Part shown: positions 1 through 9,967 of the stretch, piece after piece
Layout: each line of letters starts with the position of its first letter
How positions within the stretch are numbered: the stretch's first letter is position 1
DNA from: Deltaproteobacteria bacterium
GTDB lineage: Bacteria > Desulfobacterota > Binatia > UBA12015
DNA length: 53,940 bases
Assembly: GCA_046583355.1 (NCBI GenBank)
Contig: JAYGCM010000091.1
Location: forward strand, 1 to 53,940
Reading direction: 5' to 3'
Made by a program: the position numbers and the translations under genes
The notes under the pieces: generated by a model
Database searches by the model: none
The model's input: the letters and a program-made list of their open reading frames with translations, nothing else
What the model was told of the DNA's origin: nothing

Positions 1-306
1 AAGGTTAATCACCTGACCTACATCGGCGATACGGATATCGGCAAAGGCGTCAACGTGGGGGCCGGCACGATCACCTGCAACTACGACGGTTTCGGCAAGG
101 CGCAAACCACGATTGGCGACCGGGTCCAGATCGGCAGCGACAGCCAATTGGTCGCTCCGGTCGAAATCGGCGACGATGCCTATGTCGCCACCGGCACCAC
201 GGTACGCCACGATATCGCCCCCGGAGCCCTCGCCTTCAACCCAAAATCCGATCAGCGCCGCGAAGGCTGGGTCGAGTCCTTCCGCGCCCGCAAAAAGAAG
301 AAATAG
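1..306 (+). CDS. glmU: Bifunctional UDP-GlcNAc pyrophosphorylase/glucosamine-1-phosphate acetyltransferase, 3' end only (partial at window edge)
   Basis: Frame 1 reads KVNHLTYIGD...GAGTITCNYDG...IGSDSQLVAPVEIG...EGW, the GlmU C-terminal hexapeptide region; lies upstream of glmS. Confidence 0.95.
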   Translation, partial: KVNHLTYIGDTDIGKGVNVGAGTITCNYDGFGKAQTTIGDRVQIGSDSQLVAPVEIGDDAYVATGTTVRHDIAPGALAFNPKSDQRREGWVESFRARKKKK

Positions 307-316
307 GCGCGGCCGC

Positions 317-988
317 TCAGTCGGCCGACGGCGCAAAAAGCCAGGCGACGAGCGGAACCGCCAGCACGGCGCCAATAAGTTGGGCGGCGATGAAGGCCGG
401 CGCATCCGCGGGCATGATGCCGCTGAAGGTATCGGTCAGAGAGCGGGCAAGGGTCACGGCCGGGTTGGCAAAAGAGGTGGACGCGGTGAACCAATAGGCC
501 GCCGTGATGTAGAGGCCGACCAGCAGCGCCACGGCATCGGGCCGGGTTCGTAGCGCACCGAGAATCGTCAACACCAGCCCGAAGGTCGCGATTCCTTCCG
601 AGAACCATTGCGCGCCGCCGGTGCGATTGGTCGCGCCCAGCTGGAAAATCGTCTCGCCAAACATCAGGTGCGCGGCCCAGGTACCGAGCAGCGCGCCCCC
701 TATCTGCGCGACCAGATAGCCCAGGGCGAGCGCGGCCGGCAGCTCCCGGCGCAAGGCGAAGGCCAGCGTCACGGCCGGGTTGAAATGCGCACCCGAGACC
801 GGCCCCAAAACCGAGATCATCACCACCAAAATGGCACCCGTTGGCAGGGTATTGCCGAGTAACGCGATCGCGATATTCCCGCCGGCCAAGCGCTCGGCCA
901 TGATGCCGGAGCCCACAACCGTTGCGAGAAGAAAGCAGGTGCCGAGGGCTTCGGCGGCGAGGCGGCGCAGCGTGGCGGAGGTTTCCAT
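317..988 (-). CDS. MIP/aquaporin family channel (resembles ars-operon-type aquaglyceroporins)
   Basis: Two NPA motifs (SGAHFNPAVT, SFANPAVT), AEALGT N-terminal motif, hydrophobic helices. Start placed at ATG 988; ORF track gives 997. Confidence 0.9.
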   Translation of the reverse strand: METSATLRRLAAEALGTCFLLATVVGSGIMAERLAGGNIAIALLGNTLPTGAILVVMISVLGPVSGAHFNPAVTLAFALRRELPAALALGYLVAQIGGALLGTWAAHLMFGETIFQLGATNRTGGAQWFSEGIATFGLVLTILGALRTRPDAVALLVGLYITAAYWFTASTSFANPAVTLARSLTDTFSGIMPADAPAFIAAQLIGAVLAVPLVAWLFAPSAD

Positions 989-1150
989 AATTGCCAAGTG
1001 GTATGCAGGCTAAACTCGGGCATTGCTAGAGTCGATGAAGAGGGGGTAGCCTCCCCACCAGTTCACCAGCACCAGTTCATCAAGTTCCCAACGGTCCGCA
1101 TTCATTTTCGAGGTTCAAGCGGGTCGGTTCAGAAAGTAGGTTTCCGGTTC

Positions 1151-2983
1151 ATGTGCGGCATCATGGGTTACATCGGGGATCAGGACGCCACCGGCATCCT
1201 GATCGATGGTCTTCGGCGTCTCGAATATCGCGGATACGACTCCGCCGGCGTCGCCACGCTCAACGGCAGTGGCAGCATCGAGATGCGCCGCGCCGTCGGC
1301 AAACTCCAAAATCTGGAGGTGCTGCTCGGCAAGGAGCCGCTCGCTGGCCATATCGGCATCGGCCATACGCGCTGGGCCACGCATGGCCCGCCCACCGAAG
1401 AGAACGCCCACCCGCACCGCGCGGGCAAGGTCGTGGTGATCCATAACGGGATCATCGAGAACTACCTCGAGCTGAAAGAGAAGCTGGTCGCCAAGGGCCG
1501 CACCTTCTATTCCGAGACCGATACCGAGGTCATCTCGCAGCTCATCGACGACCATATGGAGCAAGGGCTCGATTTCATGGCGGCGGCGCGTGCGACGGTG
1601 CTGCAACTCGAAGGCTCGTTTGCGATCGTGGTCCTCTCCGACGACGACCGCAGCCGGCTTCTGACCGCCAAAACCGCCACCCCGATCGTCATCGGTCTCG
1701 GCGAGGGCGAGAATTTCGTCGCCTCGGACGTGCCGGCCATCCTCGAACATACCCGCCAAGTGCTCTACCTCGAAGACGGCGAAATGGCGGAAGTGACCCG
1801 CGAGAGCGTGACCATTACGACATTTGACGGCACGCCTGTCGAGCGCGAGCCCACCCGCATCGACTGGGATCCGATCACCGCACAAAAGGGCGGCTTCAAG
1901 CATTTCCTCCTCAAGGAGATTCACGAGCAGCCCCAGGCCCTGATCGATACGATGCTGGGCCGCATCCGCCAGGAAGAAGGCGACGTCTCCCTTCCGGAGC
2001 TCGATGTACTCGAAGTGGATTGGGCCGATATCAAGCACATCTACTTGACCGCCTGCGGCACCTCCTGGCACGCCGGCTTGGTCGGTAAATTCCTGCTCGA
2101 AGAGATGACCCGCATTCCGGTGGACGTCGATTACGCAAGCGAATTCCGCTACCGGAACCCGATCCTCGGGCCCGATACGCTGCTGATCGCGATCTCCCAA
2201 TCCGGCGAGACGGCCGATACTCTCGCCGCCGTCGAAGAAGCGCGCAGCCGCGGCTCCAAAGTTCTATCGATCTGCAACGCGGTCGATTCCTCGATCGCAC
2301 GCAAATCCGATGCGGTGATCTACACGCATGCCGGGCCCGAAATTTCGGTCGCCAGCACCAAGGCCTTCACGACCCAACTGACCGCACTTTACCTGCTTTC
2401 GCTGCATGTCGGCCGACTGCTCGGCCGCTTCGACGAGGCCAAGGGCCGCGCCTTGGTGCATGACCTCGTGAACCTGCCGAGTCTCGTCGATGAGACGCTC
2501 GGCCTGGCCAAGCAGATCGACAAAATCGGCAAAAAATACGGCCACGCCAACGACTTTCTCTATATCGCCCGCGGCATCAATTACCCCGTCGCGCTCGAAG
2601 GAGCCTTGAAGCTCAAGGAGATCTCCTACATCCACGCCGAGGGTTATCCCGCCGGCGAGATGAAGCACGGACCCATTGCACTGATTGACGAACAGCTGCC
2701 CGTCGTCGTCCTGGTACCACGTGACCCGATGTACGCCAAAACGCTCTCGAATCTGCGCGAGGTCGAAGCGCGTGGTGGCCGCATCATCGCCATCACCGAC
2801 GCCCCGACGCCCGAACTCGAAGAGGTCGCCTGGGAAGTCATCACGATCCCCGAGGCCAACCATTTGCTTGCGCCGATCCTCCTGACAGTTCCCTTGCAGC
2901 TGCTCTCCTACAGCATCGCCTGCTACCGCGGCACCGATGTCGATCAGCCCCGTAACCTGGCTAAAAGCGTTACGGTCGAATAG
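1151..2983 (+). CDS. glmS: Glutamine--fructose-6-phosphate aminotransferase
   Basis: Starts MCGI (catalytic Cys), has GHTRWATHG, HNGIIEN, SQSGETADT, ends PRNLAKSVTVE. Confidence 0.98.
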   Translation: MCGIMGYIGDQDATGILIDGLRRLEYRGYDSAGVATLNGSGSIEMRRAVGKLQNLEVLLGKEPLAGHIGIGHTRWATHGPPTEENAHPHRAGKVVVIHNGIIENYLELKEKLVAKGRTFYSETDTEVISQLIDDHMEQGLDFMAAARATVLQLEGSFAIVVLSDDDRSRLLTAKTATPIVIGLGEGENFVASDVPAILEHTRQVLYLEDGEMAEVTRESVTITTFDGTPVEREPTRIDWDPITAQKGGFKHFLLKEIHEQPQALIDTMLGRIRQEEGDVSLPELDVLEVDWADIKHIYLTACGTSWHAGLVGKFLLEEMTRIPVDVDYASEFRYRNPILGPDTLLIAISQSGETADTLAAVEEARSRGSKVLSICNAVDSSIARKSDAVIYTHAGPEISVASTKAFTTQLTALYLLSLHVGRLLGRFDEAKGRALVHDLVNLPSLVDETLGLAKQIDKIGKKYGHANDFLYIARGINYPVALEGALKLKEISYIHAEGYPAGEMKHGPIALIDEQLPVVVLVPRDPMYAKTLSNLREVEARGGRIIAITDAPTPELEEVAWEVITIPEANHLLAPILLTVPLQLLSYSIACYRGTDVDQPRNLAKSVTVE

Positions 2984-3012
2984 CCCCGGCCGTTGGCCCG
3001 GCGCGACCAGAC

Positions 3013-4215
3013 CTAAAGAATGACGCCGCCCTCTTTGAGGGCGGCGATCTCTTCCCAATCGCAGCCCATCTCCAGAAGAATCTCCTCGGTATTCTGGCCG
3101 AGCTCAGGGGAGGTGGCCGCAATCTCGTTGGGCGTACCCGCGAAATCTACTGGTGTCGCCAACTGTTCGGGCTCTCCCACGGCGCTCTCAAAGGGAATGA
3201 CGCCGCCGGTTGCGCGCAGCTGCGGGTCACTGGCCAGCTCCTCGCAATCCTGCACCGGCGCCCACCAGACGCCAGCCTCCTCGAAGCGTTCCGCCCATTC
3301 CTGGCGCGATCGTGTAGCAAATATTTCGTCGAGCAAGCCGACCACGAAACGGCTATTCTCACGCCGCTTGACGATATTGACCGTGCGCGGGTCGGTGAGC
3401 AGATCGTCGCGCTCAATCGCGCGGCAGACATCGGGCCAATGCCGATCGGCCTGCAAACCGATCAGCCAGAACCATTTGCCGCATCCCGCCTTATAGGAGT
3501 TCGCGATCGGATTCGGCGTGTCTTCGCGGCTACTGGGTGGCTGCAGGCGACCGAAGCGCAGCCGCGTCGCCATATCCCAGCCGACGATATACGCCCCGGT
3601 GCGCAAGAGGGAGGTCTCGACCAATTGCCCCTTGCCGGTGCGCGCCCGCGCCACCAGAGCCGCGCAAATGGCGCCGGCCGCCGTCAATGCCGTTGTATGG
3701 TCCCCCATCCCGCCGCGTTGTACGGGCGGTTCATGCCCCTCGGGCGTGAGCATGGCCGCCACGCCGGCGCGCGCCCAGAAGGCGCCAATATCGTAGGCCG
3801 GCCGATCTTTGTCTTCGCCTTTACTGCCGTAGCCCGTGACGGCCGCGTAAATCAGGCCGGCATTGCGCGCGGCGAGAGTCTCGTAGTCGAGGCCCATGGC
3901 GGCCAGCGCTGGTGCGCGCAGGTTCGAGACGAAAACATCGGCACCATCGACCAGCTGCTGCGCCAACGCGCGTCCCTTTTCCTTTTTCAGGTCGAGTGAG
4001 ATCGAGCGTTTGCCGCGATTGTCGAGCTCAAAGGCGGGGTTGATCGGAACATCGATCCCGACCGCCACCGCCAGCACGCCACGCATCGGGTCGCCGGTGG
4101 GCGGCTCGATCTTCACGACCTCGGCGCCCCAATCCGAAAGAATGCCACTGGTTGCCGGGCCGGCGACCCAAAAGCCCAACTCCACCACACGAATACCTTC
4201 AAGAGGACCAGCCAT
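3013..4215 (-). CDS. CaiB/BaiF family (class III) CoA-transferase
   Basis: GPLEGIRVVELG, VAGP, GAEVVKIEPPTGDPMR, NRGKRSISLDLK, C-terminal PELGQNTEEIL. Confidence 0.92.
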   Translation of the reverse strand: MAGPLEGIRVVELGFWVAGPATSGILSDWGAEVVKIEPPTGDPMRGVLAVAVGIDVPINPAFELDNRGKRSISLDLKKEKGRALAQQLVDGADVFVSNLRAPALAAMGLDYETLAARNAGLIYAAVTGYGSKGEDKDRPAYDIGAFWARAGVAAMLTPEGHEPPVQRGGMGDHTTALTAAGAICAALVARARTGKGQLVETSLLRTGAYIVGWDMATRLRFGRLQPPSSREDTPNPIANSYKAGCGKWFWLIGLQADRHWPDVCRAIERDDLLTDPRTVNIVKRRENSRFVVGLLDEIFATRSRQEWAERFEEAGVWWAPVQDCEELASDPQLRATGGVIPFESAVGEPEQLATPVDFAGTPNEIAATSPELGQNTEEILLEMGCDWEEIAALKEGGVIL

Positions 4216-4322
4216 ATCCCTTCGCTGCCCCGATCCGGCCGCCAGCGCAAGCCGGTATCCAAGGCCCGACCTGCAGCGCCGGTCTTGCGCCGGGGCGCTA
4301 CCGGATGTTCATTCGGTACAGA

Positions 4323-5501
4323 ATGTCCGGCCAGCTCGAAGAACCGCTCAAAAACCAAGTCACCAAACCCGGCGATATCGCGACCATCGAGGAAGCCATC
4401 GCCGAGTACAAAGCCGGTCGCATGGTCATCGTCATGGATGATGAAGATCGCGAAAACGAAGGCGATCTCTGCATGGCGGCCGAAAAAGTCACCGCCGAAG
4501 CCATCAATTTCATGGCAACAGAAGGCTGCGGCCTGATTTGCCTACCGGTGACCGGCCAGAAACTCGCGGCGCTTGGCCTGCCAATGATGGTCGCCGAAAA
4601 TACCGCACCTCTGGGCACTGCCTTCACCGTCTCGATCGATGCCCGACACGGCAATAAAAGCGGTGTCTCGGCGAGCGATCGTGCCCGCACGATCCTGGCC
4701 GCTGTTCAGGAAAACGCACAGCCGAGCGACCTCAAGACCCCCGGCCATATCTTCCCGCTGCGCGCCCGCGACGGTGGCGTGCTGGTCCGTACCGGACAGA
4801 CCGAAGCTGCGGTGGATCTGGCCCGCCTGGCCGGCCTCCGGCCCGCCGGTGTGATCTGCGAGATCATGAACAAAGACGGCACAATGGCGCGCCTCCCCGA
4901 GTTGCGCGTCTTTGCCGCCGAGCATGGCCTCAAGCTCATTACCATCGCCGATCTGATCCAATACCGGCTACGCCACGACTCCCTCGTACACCGCGTCGCC
5001 GAGGCCCGGCTCGACTCCCGCTACGGCGGTGAGTTCCGCGCGATTGTCTACCGCAGCGATGTCGATGGCGGCGAACATCTGGCTCTCGTCAAGGGCGATA
5101 TATCACCAGACCAACCGACCCTGGTACGGGCCCACGCCGAGTATCTGCCCGGCGACGTCTTCGCCTCGACCAAACGCAATACCGCCGACCTGCTGCACCG
5201 CTCGATGGAAAAGATCGCCGACGAGGGCTGCGGTGTCATCCTCTACCTCAAACGCGAGCATGGCAGCGAAATGCTCGAGCCACGCGGCGACGCCGCCGCC
5301 ACGGACGGCGCGAACGACGAATCCGGCCCCAGCACGATGTCCCCGGCGAGGCTCAAGGACTTCCGCGAGTACGGCATCGGCGCGCAGATTCTTCGCGACC
5401 TCGGCCTCGGCAAGATCCGCCTGATCTCGAATTACCAGCGCCGGCTTGTGAACCTGCCCGGCTACGGCCTCGAAATCGTCGAGCACGTCCCACTCGACTA
5501 A
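4323..5501 (+). CDS. ribB: 3,4-dihydroxy-2-butanone-4-phosphate synthase fused to a degenerate GTP cyclohydrolase II-like domain (RibBX type)
   Basis: DDEDRENEGD, GLIC, FTVSID, PGHIFPL, GVICEI motifs; the C-terminal RibA-like domain lacks the Zn-binding cysteines. Start at ATG 4323 inferred. Confidence 0.9.
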   Translation: MSGQLEEPLKNQVTKPGDIATIEEAIAEYKAGRMVIVMDDEDRENEGDLCMAAEKVTAEAINFMATEGCGLICLPVTGQKLAALGLPMMVAENTAPLGTAFTVSIDARHGNKSGVSASDRARTILAAVQENAQPSDLKTPGHIFPLRARDGGVLVRTGQTEAAVDLARLAGLRPAGVICEIMNKDGTMARLPELRVFAAEHGLKLITIADLIQYRLRHDSLVHRVAEARLDSRYGGEFRAIVYRSDVDGGEHLALVKGDISPDQPTLVRAHAEYLPGDVFASTKRNTADLLHRSMEKIADEGCGVILYLKREHGSEMLEPRGDAAATDGANDESGPSTMSPARLKDFREYGIGAQILRDLGLGKIRLISNYQRRLVNLPGYGLEIVEHVPLD

Positions 5502-5616
5502 GAGCAGCGAGGTCACCGCCGCCTCGGTGGCCCCATGCCTGAGATTCCTGGTGTCACTTCGGACCTCCCACAAGGTGCCGCCTTGCACGTTGTGCGCGAC
5601 CCTCTAGACTAAAGGG

Positions 5617-7437
5617 GTGACGAAGCTCTTGCGGTGGCGTGGCGTGGCGAGCACGCATTGGGTTCTCATCAGCAGCCTCGTGCTGGCCGTGCTCTTCAGC
5701 CACGCGCCAGGACAGGCAGGCGTCGATCCGCGCTCGATCGTTCAGCTTATGGGCGAGGTCCAAGGCAGCCAGATCGAGCTACATGGCGTCATCCGCCCCG
5801 GCTACCATATCAATGCCCACCAACCGGCCGAGCGCTGGCTGATTCCAACCGCTCTCACGCTGAGCAGTGCGGGCAGCACCTTCGCCGACTTCTCCTACCC
5901 CGAGCCCATCGAAGCGGAATTTGCCTTCGCGCCGGGCAAGACCCTGCTGGTCTATGAAGGCAAATTCACCATCCGAGCGCAGGCCACGCCCGCGCCCGAG
6001 GGCAGCGTCCAGGCGCTCCTACGCTACCAGGCCTGCGACGATACCAATTGCCTACCGCCGGTCACCATCGAGACCACGATCGGCGCGACCAAGCGCGTCG
6101 CGGCGGGCCCAGCAGCTCCGCCAAGCGGCGGCTCGTTCAATGACCCGGGCTGGCTCGAAGCATGGCTTGTCAGTGCCAGCCTTCCGGCCAAACTTGGCAT
6201 GGTCCTGCTCCTCGGCTTGGGCCTCAACCTCACGCCATGCGTGTATCCCCTGATTTCCGTGACGCTCAGTTATTTCGGCGGCCAGAGCGATGCCAGTCGC
6301 TCCACCTTCCCGCTGGCATCCGCCTATGTGCTTGGCATCACCCTGAGCTTTGCCGCGCTAGGCACCACCGCCGCACTGGCCGGAGGCCTCTTCGGCGCAC
6401 CGCTGCAGAACCCCGCTGTTCTGATCGGACTTGCCGTTGTGCTTGTCGGACTCGCCGGATCGAGTTTCGGCCTCTACGAAATCCGCGCGCCTTCGGGGCT
6501 GGTGAACAAGGTTGGCGCCGCACAGACGGGTTTCGGCGGCGCCTTTCTGATGGGCCTCACCATGGGCATCATCGCCGCGCCGTGCATCGGCCCGGTGGTG
6601 CTGGGCCTGCTGATTTACGTCGGCAGTGAAAAAGACGCCGTACTCGGCTTCTCGCTCTTTGCCACCATGGGCCTCGGCATGGGCCTGCCCTATATTGCGC
6701 TGGCCTCTGCGGCTGGCTCGATTCACAAGCTGCCACGCTCGGGCGAATGGCTGCGCTGGACCAATCGGGTCTTTGGCGTGGTTCTTATGGGCATGGCATA
6801 TTATTTCTTGACGCCGCTGATCCCGACCGAAACCGAGGAGATCCTGCTGCCATTATTGGTCGCCACGGGCAGCATCTACCTGGGCTTCCTTGAGCCCTCC
6901 GGCGCACAGCTCCGCGGCTTTCTCCTCGTAAAGCGCACTATTGGTGTCACCGGACTCGCCTTCGGCATCTGGCTTGCGCTGCCCGGCGCACCCATGGCCG
7001 CGGGCATCCGCTGGCAACCCCTCACGCGGGTCTCGCTCTCCCAGGCAATCGAAGAGAACCGCCCCGCCGTCATCGAGTTCGGCGCCGAATGGTGCCTCCC
7101 CTGTGTCGAGATGGAGCATTCCACCTTCATCGATCCGAACGTCAGCCACGAGGCACGGCGTTTCACGATGCTGCAGGCCGACGTCACCGAAGAGAGCCCG
7201 ACCAACACGGCACTCCTCGAAGAGTTCGCGGTCGCCGGTGTGCCGACAATCATCTTCTATGATGCCACGGGCGTCGAGCGCCGTCGCCTGGTCGGCTTTG
7301 TCAGTGCGCGCCGCATGCTCGACACCCTGCAAAGCATCACCTCCGCGCCGTCGGCCGCCAAACCCGAGCGCCCCCGCCGCCCCGAGCGCCAACTCAAACT
7401 CATCCCCGCCGGCTGGGAAGCAACGCCCGCCCCCTGA
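5617..7437 (+). CDS. dsbD: Thiol:disulfide interchange protein DsbD (N-terminal Ig-like, transmembrane and thioredoxin domains)
   Basis: YQACDDTNCLPP, NLTPCVYP, AAPCIGP, LPRSGEW and AEWCLPC motifs in the expected order; start uncertain. Confidence 0.88.
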   Translation: MTKLLRWRGVASTHWVLISSLVLAVLFSHAPGQAGVDPRSIVQLMGEVQGSQIELHGVIRPGYHINAHQPAERWLIPTALTLSSAGSTFADFSYPEPIEAEFAFAPGKTLLVYEGKFTIRAQATPAPEGSVQALLRYQACDDTNCLPPVTIETTIGATKRVAAGPAAPPSGGSFNDPGWLEAWLVSASLPAKLGMVLLLGLGLNLTPCVYPLISVTLSYFGGQSDASRSTFPLASAYVLGITLSFAALGTTAALAGGLFGAPLQNPAVLIGLAVVLVGLAGSSFGLYEIRAPSGLVNKVGAAQTGFGGAFLMGLTMGIIAAPCIGPVVLGLLIYVGSEKDAVLGFSLFATMGLGMGLPYIALASAAGSIHKLPRSGEWLRWTNRVFGVVLMGMAYYFLTPLIPTETEEILLPLLVATGSIYLGFLEPSGAQLRGFLLVKRTIGVTGLAFGIWLALPGAPMAAGIRWQPLTRVSLSQAIEENRPAVIEFGAEWCLPCVEMEHSTFIDPNVSHEARRFTMLQADVTEESPTNTALLEEFAVAGVPTIIFYDATGVERRRLVGFVSARRMLDTLQSITSAPSAAKPERPRRPERQLKLIPAGWEATPAP

Positions 7438-7506
7438 TCGGAGCCGGACCCTCCAGGGACGGCCGGAAAATCAGGCGGCATTCGAGAGCCGCTTGCGGCC
7501 GCGCCT

Positions 7507-8442
7507 CTATCCCGACTCGGGAAAGAGGGTCGGTGCGTAGTAGCCGCGGATCCCCCCGAAGCTGCCGCGAACCATATAGTTGCATAGCGAGTGAATCTCG
7601 AGGCCCTGCGGTCCCAACTCGGCCATGAGTTCGCTGCATTCGGACGGCAAGAGCATGCGCACATCAGTTTCGGCCGGCAGGTCGGCCGAGGCGCCCGCCA
7701 CCAGCTGACACATGCCTTCGCTGGTTCGACTCAGGACCGGCCCGAGCACAGCGACCGGGCCGCGCACGATCCGCGCCAGCCAACCCTCCAAGCCATCCGC
7801 CCCGTCGAGTACAAATATTTCGCCGGTGCGGCGCAGCAGATCGTAGTCGCGGCGGCGCGAGAAGCCGAGGCATTCCTGCTCGAGACCTTCGATGCGCGGA
7901 AGGTCAACCTTGCCGGCGGCACGAATCACTCGGGGCCGCCCGCAGGGCTTCGCCGGAAAGCTCGCACGCGCCAGAACGCCGCGCGGCAGAAAGCCGAGAC
8001 TGGCATAGAGCGCATAAGAGTTCTCGTTGAAGGCGTCCTGAATCAGCCGCAAGGACGGAATCCCCAACTCATCGGCGCGCCGGCAGAGTTCACTCACCAG
8101 CAGCCGGCCTAGCCCTTGGCCCTGCATCGCCGGGTCGATTGTGACCGGGCCGATCCCCGCAACCTCGCCGCGCGGGTGGAGGAACCCACTCCCGGCCAGG
8201 CGCCCTTCTACCTCAACGACAAAACAATGTTCAGGATCGTGGTCCAGGTAGGTCTCGGCGATCACACGCCCGACGCTCTCATCGACAACGATCGGCCCGT
8301 AGCCGCGCCGCTCGTAGATCTCGTTGAAGGCTGCACGAAAAATGCGTGCGATATCGGGAACCTCGCTTGCCAAGAGCCGGCGCACACGCGGTGTCGCGCC
8401 TCCTGCAGGCCGCCGGGCCGGGCTCGTCGCCAGGGTCGCCAT
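7507..8442 (-). CDS. GNAT family N-acetyltransferase (tandem GNAT-like)
   Basis: IGPVTIDPAMQGQGLGRLL acetyl-CoA motif and YALYASLGF; start at ATG 8442 inferred. Confidence 0.8.
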   Translation of the reverse strand: MATLATSPARRPAGGATPRVRRLLASEVPDIARIFRAAFNEIYERRGYGPIVVDESVGRVIAETYLDHDPEHCFVVEVEGRLAGSGFLHPRGEVAGIGPVTIDPAMQGQGLGRLLVSELCRRADELGIPSLRLIQDAFNENSYALYASLGFLPRGVLARASFPAKPCGRPRVIRAAGKVDLPRIEGLEQECLGFSRRRDYDLLRRTGEIFVLDGADGLEGWLARIVRGPVAVLGPVLSRTSEGMCQLVAGASADLPAETDVRMLLPSECSELMAELGPQGLEIHSLCNYMVRGSFGGIRGYYAPTLFPESG

Positions 8443-8483
8443 CCAAGACTTGTACCATGCTCCGCCGCCGTGCGGCATCTGAC

Positions 8484-8639
8484 TTACGAAGAGTCGGTCG
8501 TTGGAGTGAGGTCCGCCGCGGCTGCGGCGAGGCGAGTATCGAAGCTCACCAGGCGGCAGGCGAGCCGATCGGCCAGTTCCAGGTAGGACGCATCATAGGC
8601 CGAGAGTGAGTATCGCATGGCAAGCGTGCTTGATTCCCG
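8484..8639 (-). pseudogene. C-terminal remnant of a PIN-domain (VapC-like) toxin
   Basis: Not in ORF track; manual translation gives LAMRYSLSAYDASYLELADRLACRLVSFDTRLAAAA, the PIN C-terminal YDAxY...LVxFD motif; the N-terminal part and antitoxin are absent. Confidence 0.75.
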
Positions 8640-8665
8640 GAGCCCTCGCATGCGAGCGTGCCGAT

Positions 8666-9664
8666 ATGGGTGCGACAGTCATTGGTGCGGGTTCGTGGGG
8701 TACGGCTCTGGCAATTCAGCTCGCACGGGCAGGGCATGCCACCACTCTCTGGTCGCGGCAGGCCGAACACGCCGACAAAATGCGCGAAACGCGCGAAAAC
8801 AGCCGCTACCTGCCGGGCTGCCCATTGCCGCCGGCCGTCGCGACGACCGCCAACCTGGAAAACGCCGTTGGTGCGGCAAGCGAGGTCCTCGTCTGCGCCG
8901 TACCCTCGCATGCCGTACGCGAGATCATGGGCGCCGTGCGCCCCTGGTTGAGCGGCGAGACCATCATCGTCAGCGCCACCAAGGGAATCGAAGAGGGCAC
9001 CTCGAAGCGGATGAGCGAGGTGATCAGCGAAGCCACCGGCGCCGGAGAGCGCGTAACCGTCATCTCGGGGCCGAGCTTTGCCCGTGAGGTCGCCGAAGAG
9101 ATGCCGACGGTCGTGACGGTCGCCGCAAAAGATGCCGCACGCGCCAAGTTCGTGCAGCATTATTTCGCCTCACCGATGTTTCGCGTCTATGCGGTCGACG
9201 ACCTGATCGGGGTGGAGATCGGCGGTGCGGTGAAGAATGTGATCGCGATCGCCGCGGGTGTGAGTGACGGCCTCGGGCTTGGCCACAACACGCGCGCCGC
9301 ACTCATCACGCGCGGGCTTGCCGAGGTAAATAGGCTCGCGATCCGCCTGGGCGCGGACCCGGTCACGGTGACCGGCCTCTCCGGCATGGGCGACCTCGTG
9401 CTCACCTGCACCGGCTCCCTGTCGCGCAATCGCTCGCTTGGCATGCGGCTCGGCAAAGGCGAGAAGCTCGCCGATATTCTCGCCGGCATGCAGCAGGTCG
9501 CCGAAGGCGTGCGCAACACGGTCGCGATCGACGATATGGCGCGCGACCTCGACATTGAAATGCCGATCATCCGGCAGATGCGTGCGCTTCTATTCGAGAA
9601 CCAGACAGCCCAGGACGCTATGGTCCAACTGATGACCCGCCAACTTGGACCGGAATTCGCGTAA
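8666..9664 (+). CDS. gpsA: NAD(P)H-dependent glycerol-3-phosphate dehydrogenase
   Basis: [48 protein letters not shown]. Start at ATG 8666. Confidence 0.96.
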   Translation: MGATVIGAGSWGTALAIQLARAGHATTLWSRQAEHADKMRETRENSRYLPGCPLPPAVATTANLENAVGAASEVLVCAVPSHAVREIMGAVRPWLSGETIIVSATKGIEEGTSKRMSEVISEATGAGERVTVISGPSFAREVAEEMPTVVTVAAKDAARAKFVQHYFASPMFRVYAVDDLIGVEIGGAVKNVIAIAAGVSDGLGLGHNTRAALITRGLAEVNRLAIRLGADPVTVTGLSGMGDLVLTCTGSLSRNRSLGMRLGKGEKLADILAGMQQVAEGVRNTVAIDDMARDLDIEMPIIRQMRALLFENQTAQDAMVQLMTRQLGPEFA

Positions 9665-9798
9665 ACGTCGAACCACCTGAGCGCGAAAAAGCCGCCCATT
9701 GGCCGTTGACAGCGCGCCTTCCGAATGGTTGCCTTTGCGCTTGGCCGTGCCCCTCGGGCGCGTTGCTGTTTGCGAAAGACAACAACGGACAAGAAGCG

Positions 9799-9960
9799 AT
9801 GAAGCGTACTTACCAGCCCAGCAATCTACGACGGAAGCGGACCCACGGGTTTCGCTCACGCATGGCGACCCCGACGGGCCGTCAGGTCATCAAACGGCGC
9901 CGCCGTAAGGGCCGTAAACGCCTCACCGTCTCGATTCCGCCCAAACAAGCCCGTTACTAA
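9799..9960 (+). CDS. rpmH: 50S ribosomal protein L34
   Basis: [22 protein letters not shown]...RRRKGRKRL; first gene of the rpmH-rnpA-yidD-yidC cluster. Confidence 0.98.
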   Translation: MKRTYQPSNLRRKRTHGFRSRMATPTGRQVIKRRRRKGRKRLTVSIPPKQARY

Positions 9961-9967
9961 GGCTTCC

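Noticed and set aside
989..1150. glmS ribozyme upstream of glmS
   Set aside because: Only a loose resemblance (GTCGATGAAGAGGGGG...GCCTCCC); the AGCGCC cleavage-site motif and core elements are absent.
2950..3020. Tn7-like insertion at attTn7 downstream of glmS
   Set aside because: No transposon ends or tns genes; a CoA-transferase gene ends 29 bp after the glmS stop.
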